From the IMG/VR virus record IMGVR_UViG_3300020045_000440, positions 1 to 30,074 of that record: a DNA stretch of 30,074 bases. One strand, 5' to 3'. Every line of letters begins with the position of its first letter. Position 1 is the first letter of the stretch. The position numbers and the translations under genes are program-made. Source of the stretch: a virus (taxonomy: Duplodnaviria; Caudoviricetes). A model generated the notes under the pieces. The model did no database searches. It saw nothing but the letters and a program-made list of their open reading frames with translations, and had not been told where the DNA came from. This document shows, in pieces, positions 7,811 to 15,727 of this stretch.

Positions 7811-7921
7811 TTAAATGTTTCCAACGATGTACATAATTTTCACACAGATTGCAATGGCTGTTAAAACGATAACTAAACATGCAATGTCATTTTTGTCGAT
7901 TGTTTTTAATAGATTCCACAT
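7811..7921 (-). CDS. small single-pass membrane peptide (36 aa, MWNLLKTIDKNDIACLVIVLTAIAICVKIMYIVGNI), not in the ORF track
   Basis: Hand translation; A/C-rich leader AAACAACAACAATT before the ATG, like the leader at 8240-8260. Confidence 0.6.
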   Translation of the reverse strand: MWNLLKTIDKNDIACLVIVLTAIAICVKIMYIVGNI

Positions 7922-7937
7922 AATTGTTGTTGTTTAT

Positions 7938-8000
7938 AAGATTGCCACAGAATCCGCTGTGGCCCGGTGCGCTGTACGAATACTGTGCGACTTTTATCTT
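7938..8000 (-). ncRNA. candidate structured intergenic RNA (two hairpins)
   Basis: GC-rich island with a perfect 7-bp stem 7944-7950/7957-7963 and a hairpin CGC-ACA-GUA-UUCG-UAC-A-GCG on the minus strand. Confidence 0.4.
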
Positions 8001-8239
8001 GAATTTCTTATTTCTTTTATATCTGCAATTCTTGAATTTAAAACTGCTAAACATTTTTTGCATTGCAATTCTTTTGGAAATTCTTTAAAATATGAAACTT
8101 TTTCTGATACATTGACAGGGAAAAAAGTCAGACTATGTGTAGTTCCGCAAGAAATTCCCGACAAATATTTAACTAATACTTTGTCATTTTCACCTAATTT
8201 TAATCTAAAATCTTTCAAGTGTTGTTTTTGATTTGCCAT
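7994..8239 (-). CDS. first early-region gene, hypothetical (81 aa from MANQKQ), possible zinc binding
   Basis: ATG preceded by (CAA)n leader; contains CGTTH and CKKC. Confidence 0.65.
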   Translation of the reverse strand: MANQKQHLKDFRLKLGENDKVLVKYLSGISCGTTHSLTFFPVNVSEKVSYFKEFPKELQCKKCLAVLNSRIADIKEIRNSR

Positions 8240-8260
8240 TGTTGTTGTTGTTTGTTGATG

Positions 8261-8291
8261 TAAACCTACAACCTTTATTTTATATTTCAAA
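8261..8291 (-). promoter_or_regulatory. putative early promoter: TTTG - 19 nt - TAggTTTA
   Basis: -33 box at 8288-8291 and -7 box at 8261-8268 (one mismatch to TAnnTTTG) with the Bacteroidota spacer length. Confidence 0.6.
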
Positions 8292-8344
8292 CAACTTCAA
8301 ACAAAATATATCAAAAAAATATCAAAAATTTATTTAACGGTCAT

Positions 8345-8378
8345 AAAAAAGGGCAAATCCAATGGAAATGCCCTTTTT
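8345..8378 (-). terminator. intrinsic terminator closing the late region (possibly bidirectional)
   Basis: AAAAAGGGCA...TGCCCTTTTT inverted repeat with A/T runs on both sides. Confidence 0.8.
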
Positions 8379-8424
8379 GTTTCAACAACTATGAATCAAT
8401 AACCTTTAATCTATCGATACAAAA

Positions 8425-9435
8425 CTACACAATTTTCCCATCTTTTATCATAATGTTTTCAACCTTTGATTTCCCATTCTCTATGGTCACAATTGCCATT
8501 CCGTTATTGTGCTGTGCAAATGGGTAATATTTAGGCGATAATTGTGTCAAACATCCTGTGGAATATGTGTGGATATATCGTTTAAATCCATCCTTTTTGA
8601 TTGTGTTGGTTGTTCTGTGAACGTGTCCAATTAATGTATTGCAGAACGTTTTGTTGAACGTGCTTTGCGATGGGTTCATTCCACCTGCCATCAATTCGTG
8701 TCCATGACATACCAACAAATCACCCATTTCCATGCCCTGCCAATCAGGAACAAATTTGATGTCTAATACATCCATTCGAAAAAACTTATCAAATTGCATT
8801 TCGTGCAATTGGGCAAATTCCTCTGCCTGCTCATTCAAATATCGTTGATACCTGTTTTCGTGGTTGCCTGCCTTGAAATAAATTGGAATCGTTGGGAATA
8901 TGCCACGCAAGGTTTGCAAAAAATTACGGCACATATCTATTTCCTTTGGGAAATCACGTAAATCCTTTTCCTTTTCGTGTCGGCTGATGCTGTAAAAATC
9001 AAATGTGTCGCCATTTAGATACAGGCAATCAATGTTTCTTTCTTTTAATTCCTTAATGGCACACACCACGGCTTCAACTGAATGAAACGGCACGTGTATG
9101 TCGGACAATATCCCGATGACCTTTAAATGATCCGGCAATCGGTCTGATGTGTATTCCTTCCCAATGGATGGTTCAATACCGAAATTCTCTAATTCAAAAA
9201 ATGTCGTGGATTCAATCTGTGCCTTTGGCAAATTTTTCAATTGTGCCTCATTACGTTCACGGATTAAAATATTGTGCTTTCTCATTGTTTTACGCAACAA
9301 TTCAGCCGTTTGGTATCCGTATGTTTGGTAATAGGTTTCTGAAAAGGTTTTTAGGTTTAATGGCGATGAATAAAAATGATCTCTGATTTGATCGTGTTTT
9401 AGTCCCATGAATAGTTTTTTTTCAAAATTAGCCAA
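8425..9435 (-). CDS. calcineurin-like metallophosphoesterase
   Basis: All five motifs present: SDIH, NGDTFD, GNHE, HGH, GHVH. TTG start and an N-terminal extension of about 100 aa. Confidence 0.9.
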   Translation of the reverse strand: MANFEKKLFMGLKHDQIRDHFYSSPLNLKTFSETYYQTYGYQTAELLRKTMRKHNILIRERNEAQLKNLPKAQIESTTFFELENFGIEPSIGKEYTSDRLPDHLKVIGILSDIHVPFHSVEAVVCAIKELKERNIDCLYLNGDTFDFYSISRHEKEKDLRDFPKEIDMCRNFLQTLRGIFPTIPIYFKAGNHENRYQRYLNEQAEEFAQLHEMQFDKFFRMDVLDIKFVPDWQGMEMGDLLVCHGHELMAGGMNPSQSTFNKTFCNTLIGHVHRTTNTIKKDGFKRYIHTYSTGCLTQLSPKYYPFAQHNNGMAIVTIENGKSKVENIMIKDGKIV

Positions 9436-9461
9436 TTAACTAATTAGTAAAACCTGCAAAT

Positions 9462-9497
9462 AAAACAAAAATGGCCGTAGATTATTCCACGACCATT
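9462..9497 (-). terminator. intrinsic terminator after the tail tip gene
   Basis: Minus strand AATGGTCGTGGA-ATAA-TCTACGGCCATT (12-bp stem with two G-U pairs) followed by TTTGTTTT. Confidence 0.7.
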
Positions 9498-9573
9498 CTG
9501 CATTCACCCTAATCAACATCCGATGCACTTATAAAATGCACGGATGTGCACTACCAAACCTATGAAAAACAAA

Positions 9574-11505
9574 TTATTCCTGATATGATACCCTGTAACT
9601 ACTAGCCACATCCGTGTAATTATTTGGGATATGGAATTGACAGGTGTAAATATTTGATTTTAACTGAACACGGATTGAATCAACAATTGCCGAATCTGTT
9701 TCGGTTAATGTGTTGAATTTGATCCATAATTTGTGGGCCATTGTCATCACGGCATAATCATCCATATTATACAAATCGCCCTCATATTGCATCGAATATT
9801 GCCTAAAATCATTCAATCTTTGTTGTGTGATTATTTGTTCAATAAACAATCCGTTTGCATCCTGTGCACGTTTGAATGAATTTGCATCGGTGAATGCACC
9901 TGAAAATACAACTGAATCAACATCAGCCTGAACCACATCAGAATGCTCCATGACATCAGATGTCACAAATGTTCCTGATTGCTCCCTGATAAACCAAGCC
10001 TCTTTGTAAACGTTTTGCTCTTTGTCAATATTACGAATGGCACAATTGTCCAAATATACACCTGTGTAGGATCCTGTTGCATCAATGTATGGCAATGCAA
10101 ATCCCAATTCAATTTGTCCGGGTTCTGGTGCATCTTTTGCCGTAAATTTAAAAGATTCAAATGTACCTGCCCCAACAACGGCTGTTGTATTCCACGCAAT
10201 TGATCCTGGTGATGTTCCCCACGTTTTGTTTGTTTCACTCCAATATTGGTAAACACCCGGTGCATATTCAATTCGCAAATACCATGGCAATCTGTTATCG
10301 GAACCGCCTTTGTCAATATTAACCGAAAACAATACCTGATATTGATTGCCTTTCACGGCATTTCCTGCCCCTGTGGTGAACAATTTTGTCTGATATACTC
10401 CCAATGCACTTGTGCCTGTGAATTTGATCGCCTTACGGCCTGCAAATGCGTTTGGCTCAAATGTTCCAACGGCACCGAATGTGGTATCCCAATTTTCGTA
10501 CCCAAATTCAAACGATGCATTCAGATTCAAATCAACCTGTTGTTGTGAAATATCCACAATTTCCTGATATTTTTTGACCGGTCTGCGTGGTGTTCTGAAT
10601 AGGTTTTGGCCAATTGGTTGCATATTTGTCGGCACCACTTTCAACATATTTGTTGTCACGGCTGTTTGTGCCACACCGGATGCATTATAAATCCAATATT
10701 TGATGTCCTCTGATCCGCCATTCAAAAACCCTTGTTTTGCTGTTAATATCCCGGAACCAACATATGTGCCTGCCTGAATGCCTGCAATGATTCGTTGATC
10801 ACCATACGATGAATTGTTCACAATATACCAACGGCCAAACGATTGAAATAAACGGCAATTGAATCCCATAAGGATTGACCGCAATGTCATTTTTGCATCA
10901 TTGATGATATAATAATCGTGATAAAATCCAACCTTTTTGATTGTCACCTGATCAAACACGTTTTTCCATGCTGAATCGGTTGCGATTCTTAAATCATTGC
11001 TGATGTAAATGTCGTAATCCAATGATAAATTGGCCAATGCATTCCACATAAATTGCCATAATGTGGCATTATCTGTGCCAACCGCAGGCATCCACGTATC
11101 AAATCCATCCAATTGCCCCAAATTGTCTGTGGCTGTGATTGACAATGAATATGGTGTGGAAACCAATGCCTGTGAATAAAGATCGTTTACAACCCAACCT
11201 GACCAATATGTGGCCCAATTGCCGGCCGATGATTCGTAATAAATCACCACTTTGTATTCACGTTCATCGTACAAATAGAAATCATCATAGGTCACATCAT
11301 CTGTCACCAATAAATTCAAGGTGCACAATGATCCAATCAATGGCTCATATAAATCCTCTTCTGCTTTCCATTCGATTTCAACCGGCTCACCTGAACCAAC
11401 CATTGGCAAAACGGCACCTGAATATCCGTTTTTGAAAATCTCAACTTTTCGTTTGTTGCCTTTAATATCAGCAAATTCCAAACGATATTTCACACCGTAT
11501 GCCAT
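9574..11505 (-). CDS. tail tip / baseplate hub-like protein with internal carbohydrate-binding-like domain
   Basis: Immediately after the tape measure gene; beta-rich; internal NASFE..W...AFAG.KA...GNQYQV.F...VYLDN pattern. Confidence 0.7.
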   Translation of the reverse strand: MAYGVKYRLEFADIKGNKRKVEIFKNGYSGAVLPMVGSGEPVEIEWKAEEDLYEPLIGSLCTLNLLVTDDVTYDDFYLYDEREYKVVIYYESSAGNWATYWSGWVVNDLYSQALVSTPYSLSITATDNLGQLDGFDTWMPAVGTDNATLWQFMWNALANLSLDYDIYISNDLRIATDSAWKNVFDQVTIKKVGFYHDYYIINDAKMTLRSILMGFNCRLFQSFGRWYIVNNSSYGDQRIIAGIQAGTYVGSGILTAKQGFLNGGSEDIKYWIYNASGVAQTAVTTNMLKVVPTNMQPIGQNLFRTPRRPVKKYQEIVDISQQQVDLNLNASFEFGYENWDTTFGAVGTFEPNAFAGRKAIKFTGTSALGVYQTKLFTTGAGNAVKGNQYQVLFSVNIDKGGSDNRLPWYLRIEYAPGVYQYWSETNKTWGTSPGSIAWNTTAVVGAGTFESFKFTAKDAPEPGQIELGFALPYIDATGSYTGVYLDNCAIRNIDKEQNVYKEAWFIREQSGTFVTSDVMEHSDVVQADVDSVVFSGAFTDANSFKRAQDANGLFIEQIITQQRLNDFRQYSMQYEGDLYNMDDYAVMTMAHKLWIKFNTLTETDSAIVDSIRVQLKSNIYTCQFHIPNNYTDVASSYRVSYQE

Positions 11506-11507
11506 AT

Positions 11508-13661
11508 TTATCCTATTCTATTTCTTTGCTTTTCTGCTCTTTGTAATGCCACCACCAAATCCTGACCTCTCAACACAAATTCGCCTGTCATTGGGCCACC
11601 GCCTCCGCCATTGCCTTGATCTAACATTCCTTGCAATTTACTCAATGGTGCGATTACCTCAGGATTTGATTTTGCACCCGGATATTCACCCATCAAACCC
11701 ATTGTTGGGCCGGATACGATACCACCCGCCGCAAATTTTGGAATCGCTGCAAACGCTGATAATACACCACCAATTGCCGTTGCAATAAATGCCGGTGTTG
11801 TAAATATGGCTGCCGGGCCGGTTGCTGTTCCTGATTGTGTTGCACCTGCAATTGCACTTGACATTGCTGATGCTTGATTCATGACTATTTGCTGAATAAT
11901 CATTGATCCTAATTTTACCAATGTTTGCAACATTACCTGTGCAAAACCTTCAAATCCTGTTGATGCCAATCCCATTGATTGGATAATTGAATCACCTAAT
12001 GCTGTAAATGCTTGACCTGTTTGATCGGCTACCATTTGACCAATGGTCATAATACTATTATATTTTTCGGCTAATAAATCTAATTGTGCTTGTTGTGTCT
12101 GAACCGATGTTGTAATTGCAGCATCCATTACTGCCAAAGGTGATTTAACCTTTCCTGCTAAACCTTCAAAACCTTGAAAACTTACATTTTTCAACGAATC
12201 CTGTATGCCTCCCAATTTCATTGCATTAAAGAATTTGAACAAATCCATTAATTCAATTTTTGATTTGTCCACCTCTTTATTCAATGAAATCATTGAATTT
12301 CTAATGCCTGTTACATCATCACTTAATTTTTTGGCTTTGCCTCCATCTTCACCAATTGCACCTAATCCTAAATTTGCATTATTACCGCCACTAGCAGCCT
12401 TTGCATCTTTGTCTAATTTTGCTAATAATGCCCTATTTTCTTGTAATTGCTTTACTTGTTGTGCAATCTGTGCATCAATTGCACCGGCTGAAACACCCTG
12501 TGCGGCATTCATACCTGTAACAGGTGCCTGTGCTGCTGATTTTTGCTTTTTAAGTAATTCTATGGATGCATAAATCTGCTTATTTTTTTCACGAATAGCA
12601 TTTGCATCTTTTTGCTCTTGTTCTGTTAGCTTATTATCAGGTTTTAATGCTTTTGCATAATCATATGCTGATTTTGCTGCCACACCTAGCAATGTTGCTA
12701 ATCCTGCTATTCCACTAGCTGTTTTTAAGGTCAAATTGAATTTAACCGCTGCGGCTGTCATTAAATTAAAACCTTCAATGACTTTTGGAACAATTGTACC
12801 TACTAAAAACAACAATGGGCCTGTTGCTGTTGCAATTCCTGCCAATGCGACAATAAATGTTTTTGTGCCTTCACTTGAATTTGAAAACCCTGCAATCATT
12901 TCATTTAATGAACTCACAATTGATGTGACCGCAGGCAACATTATCTGTCCCATTTGAGCACTTAATTGTTTCATGCCTTCGCCAAACATACGCATTTGGT
13001 TTGCGGCTCCATCATTAGTTCTTGCAAAATCACCTTGTGCATTTTTGGTGGCTGACATCACATAATTATAACGCAACAACACTTTTTCAGCCTGTGTCAT
13101 TGTATCATATTGCTTTGTCATCCCTTGTGACAATGCATATGCTTTTACATTGGCTTCGGTCATCACAATGCCTAACCGCTTCAATGATTCGGTTTCGCCT
13201 GTAAAAATTCCATTCAATGCCGTTGTGGCTTCCTTTATATTTATGTTTTTAAAAGAGGATAAATCACCGGCTAAGCCAACTAATGATGTGGATAATTTTG
13301 CAGCCTCACCAACACCTAATCCCATTGACGTTGCCATGTCACCAAATAATGATGCCATATCCAATGCCGTACCCTCAGCAATACCAAATGATGTCAATGA
13401 TGTTTTTGCAAAATCTTTCACCAATTGTGATGATGATTTGAAAGCAACATCAACTTTATTCATTGATTCATTAAAATCAGATGCCATCTTTACTGATGCC
13501 GTCCCGGCTGCCAACAATGGGGCCGTCACAAATGTTGACATTGTTTTGCCAATATCAGCCGCTTGTTTAGAAAATGCGACTAATGATTTCTGTGCATCTG
13601 ATAATGCTGAATTCAAATCGGTGGAATCACCGGTTATTCGTACTTTTAGTTCCTCTGCCAT
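11508..13661 (-). CDS. tail tape measure protein (717 aa)
   Basis: ELKVRITGD start, Ala/Gly-rich helices, GETESLKRLG motif, hydrophobic segments, C-terminal PKFAAGGIVSGPTMGLMGE...PEVIAPL; follows the chaperones. Confidence 0.93.
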   Translation of the reverse strand: MAEELKVRITGDSTDLNSALSDAQKSLVAFSKQAADIGKTMSTFVTAPLLAAGTASVKMASDFNESMNKVDVAFKSSSQLVKDFAKTSLTSFGIAEGTALDMASLFGDMATSMGLGVGEAAKLSTSLVGLAGDLSSFKNINIKEATTALNGIFTGETESLKRLGIVMTEANVKAYALSQGMTKQYDTMTQAEKVLLRYNYVMSATKNAQGDFARTNDGAANQMRMFGEGMKQLSAQMGQIMLPAVTSIVSSLNEMIAGFSNSSEGTKTFIVALAGIATATGPLLFLVGTIVPKVIEGFNLMTAAAVKFNLTLKTASGIAGLATLLGVAAKSAYDYAKALKPDNKLTEQEQKDANAIREKNKQIYASIELLKKQKSAAQAPVTGMNAAQGVSAGAIDAQIAQQVKQLQENRALLAKLDKDAKAASGGNNANLGLGAIGEDGGKAKKLSDDVTGIRNSMISLNKEVDKSKIELMDLFKFFNAMKLGGIQDSLKNVSFQGFEGLAGKVKSPLAVMDAAITTSVQTQQAQLDLLAEKYNSIMTIGQMVADQTGQAFTALGDSIIQSMGLASTGFEGFAQVMLQTLVKLGSMIIQQIVMNQASAMSSAIAGATQSGTATGPAAIFTTPAFIATAIGGVLSAFAAIPKFAAGGIVSGPTMGLMGEYPGAKSNPEVIAPLSKLQGMLDQGNGGGGGPMTGEFVLRGQDLVVALQRAEKQRNRIG

Positions 13662-13665
13662 AATG

Positions 13666-13705
13666 TAAAGTTAAAAAAAAAGCCAACCTATAATTTAGAT
13701 TGACT
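13666..13705 (-). terminator. terminator-like hairpin over the chaperone stop codon, followed by TAacTTTA box
   Basis: Minus strand AGTCAATCTA-AATTA-TAGGTTGGCT then a T8 run; TAACTTTA at 13666-13673. Confidence 0.55.
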
Positions 13706-13993
13706 TTTTTCAATTTGTTTTAAAAATGCCTCGAATTGTTCCGGTGTTGATTTCGGTTTGCCTTTCTCCAAATACACATCCTGTGGCAACGGGAATAATT
13801 TATCAGGTGAAATTATTTGTGATTTTTTGGTGGCATTCGAATTTACAATCATGGTGGAAATAAATCGTGTCATTTCCCAATTCAAGTTTACATTTACACT
13901 CCAACTCTCCCCCAACAACGCATTTTCTTTCCAAGTATTACGCCAAAACTGATCCGGTGGAATACCTGCCTGACCGATATAAAAATCAAGCAT
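13688..13993 (-). CDS. tail assembly chaperone, C-terminal (T) part, probably read via -1 frameshift
   Basis: Lies between the G-like gene and tape measure; its frame is open back to the slippery site (KADQPLTWDR-MLDFY). Confidence 0.75.
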   Translation of the reverse strand: MLDFYIGQAGIPPDQFWRNTWKENALLGESWSVNVNLNWEMTRFISTMIVNSNATKKSQIISPDKLFPLPQDVYLEKGKPKSTPEQFEAFLKQIEKSQSKL

Positions 13994-14004
13994 TCGATCC
14001 CACG

Positions 14005-14394
14005 TTAGGGGTTGATCTGCTTTGGGTTTTTTGTCGATTTTTCAACGTTTCTACGTACACCGGCATTAAGGTCATTGCCCAAAATTCTTGATTCCATTAA
14101 GGTGTTTACCAATAATGTCAATGAATCAGGTGTCATATCCTCCATCCACGATCCTACCTGAAAAACATTGTAATCAATAGGGTTTCCGTTTTCTTGATCA
14201 TATGCCAAAATCCCCGCATATACTAATGCACGCATTGTGTTCAATGAAATACCTGATGAAAATACCTTGTCAATTTCTGAAATTTTGTGTCCGCTTGCAT
14301 CCTCAAATGCAACCCAAAAATTCATGCTGAAATGTAGTGTGCGATCCTTACCGCCAATGTTTAATTGACAATAACCACGTTTGCGATTTTCCAT
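14005..14394 (-). CDS. tail assembly chaperone (lambda G-like)
   Basis: LNIGGKDRTLHFSMN pattern; directly after the tail tube gene. Confidence 0.8.
   Translation of the reverse strand: MENRKRGYCQLNIGGKDRTLHFSMNFWVAFEDASGHKISEIDKVFSSGISLNTMRALVYAGILAYDQENGNPIDYNVFQVGSWMEDMTPDSLTLLVNTLMESRILGNDLNAGVRRNVEKSTKNPKQINP
14020..14032 (-). other. -1 programmed ribosomal frameshift site (A AAA AAC / C CCA AAG)
   Basis: Two overlapping X XXY YYZ heptamers in the correct codon phase; the -1 frame joins 13688-13993. Confidence 0.8.
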
Positions 14395-14420
14395 TGTGTT
14401 TGATTAGGTGTTTAAACTTT

Positions 14421-14450
14421 AAAACCCGGCACCATTTTGCTGATGCCGGG
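14421..14450 (-). terminator. intrinsic terminator after the major tail tube gene
   Basis: Minus strand CCCGGCATCA-GCAAAA-TGGTGCCGGG-TTTT. Confidence 0.8.
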
Positions 14451-14473
14451 ATTATATTTTAGCAATCAACAAA

Positions 14474-14884
14474 TTATGCGTTTGTTGACTTAACGATTGC
14501 CCCTGTCAATGTGATTGAACCTGAGAATGTAACCGCCGCTTCCATTTCCGCTGATTGCTCAATTGATGCGATGTAACCCTCAGCCGTGTAAACCGTGTCA
14601 CCTGATGCAGCCGTTCCGAATACACACGTGATGATTGTACGATTCAAAACGAAATCAACTAATTCCTCAGCATTTGCCGCCGATGCGTAGTTTACTAAAC
14701 CATCAAATGAAATTTCACCTGAACGTAAACCGCTGATTCCCTCAGACCAACCGCCTGAATCCTTTGTTGTTGCATCTGCAATGTCCTGTGAAATTGACAA
14801 TGTGCATGATGTTGTGTGTGCAATGGCCGTCCCTTCAACTTTGATCAATAGGTTCGTGCCGTTAAATACTCCCGATGTTGCCAT
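14474..14884 (-). CDS. major tail tube protein (TP901-1-like family)
   Basis: NGT.L...AIAHTTSCTLSIS.D..DATTKDSGGWSEGISGLRSGEISFDGL...TFSGSITLTG; has its own promoter box and terminator. Confidence 0.88.
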   Translation of the reverse strand: MATSGVFNGTNLLIKVEGTAIAHTTSCTLSISQDIADATTKDSGGWSEGISGLRSGEISFDGLVNYASAANAEELVDFVLNRTIITCVFGTAASGDTVYTAEGYIASIEQSAEMEAAVTFSGSITLTGAIVKSTNA

Positions 14885-14917
14885 ATTTTTGTTTAATTTT
14901 TATGCTCTTATTTTATG

Positions 14918-14925
14918 CAAATATA
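14918..14925 (-). promoter_or_regulatory. -7 promoter box TAtaTTTG upstream of the major tail tube gene
   Basis: Exact TAnnTTTG match in intergenic DNA. Confidence 0.6.
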
Positions 14926-14936
14926 TTCAAAATCAA

Positions 14937-15386
14937 TTATACATTTTGCCATTGAATATTTAAGTTTTCCCAATTGGTAAACACCTGATTCCATATCAAT
15001 CGTGCATCGGTATAAATACGGCCCGAAATCTTAAAATCAACCGAATACGTTGAAACGTTTTCCATCTGTGAAACCTGCTCAACGTTTTGGATGTACCCTA
15101 AACCATAATAAAACATCCCGGCCGTTTGGAATACCCATTGAACCTGTGCACGTGTAATTATTCTTTCAACAAATTGATTGTAATTAACTGAATCAGAATA
15201 ATCAATCAAACCATCAGCCGTGAATGATGCCGATCGTTTACCGGCCAAAACCTCTTTCCAACCTTGCGAATCTTTATTGGTAAATTCGGCCATATCCATT
15301 TGCAAAGACATCGTGGCTGATTTGGAATGTCCTAATGCCACATCGCCTTCATACAAAACAACATTGGTGCCGTTTACTAATGCCAT
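14937..15386 (-). CDS. second tail tube paralogue with Trp-rich C-terminal extension
   Basis: Aligns by eye with 14474-14884 (NGTN, H..S.T.S, T.KDS.GW.E...G.RS, DGL..Y); ends LIWNQVFTNWENLNIQWQNV. Confidence 0.82.
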   Translation of the reverse strand: MALVNGTNVVLYEGDVALGHSKSATMSLQMDMAEFTNKDSQGWKEVLAGKRSASFTADGLIDYSDSVNYNQFVERIITRAQVQWVFQTAGMFYYGLGYIQNVEQVSQMENVSTYSVDFKISGRIYTDARLIWNQVFTNWENLNIQWQNV

Positions 15387-15724
15387 TAAACCGCAGGTGA
15401 TTCAATTTCCGTCAATAAGGGTTCCGGTGTTGGTTCCGGTGGAACCGGTGGAATATATTCGCCTGTGATGGTCAAATTTAATTGCTGTGCAACCCAATCC
15501 CACGCATACGCATCAACTTCCCATTGTACATATGCCTCGCCATCCATTGTCAAATTTCCTTGTGCAACTTGTGAACCAATTGTTTGATCGTCATTTTCAG
15601 CACTCAATGAATAATAAAACGTTGCGGATGTTCCCAACGTTACATTGACCGCATATGCGTTCAAAATTTTAGCCTCTTTTACCTGACCATTGTCCCAAAT
15701 TGAAACCGGTTGAATAGTTTTCAT
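15386..15724 (-). CDS. tail fibre-associated protein with Pro-rich C-terminus
   Basis: Downstream of the fibre gene; GNLTMDGEAYVQW...YAWDWVAQQLNLT pattern, PPVPPEPTPEP tail. Confidence 0.65.
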   Translation of the reverse strand: MKTIQPVSIWDNGQVKEAKILNAYAVNVTLGTSATFYYSLSAENDDQTIGSQVAQGNLTMDGEAYVQWEVDAYAWDWVAQQLNLTITGEYIPPVPPEPTPEPLLTEIESPAV

Positions 15725-15727
15725 ATA

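Noticed and set aside
7938-8000. tRNA, hammerhead or HDV-like ribozyme, or SAM riboswitch
   Set aside because: No cloverleaf or T-loop, no CUGANGA/GAAA core, and I could not build the HDV nested pseudoknot by eye; kept only as an unnamed structured candidate.
15415-15450. GGTTCCGGT repeats
   Set aside because: Explained by the encoded Pro-rich linker PPVPPEPTPEP.
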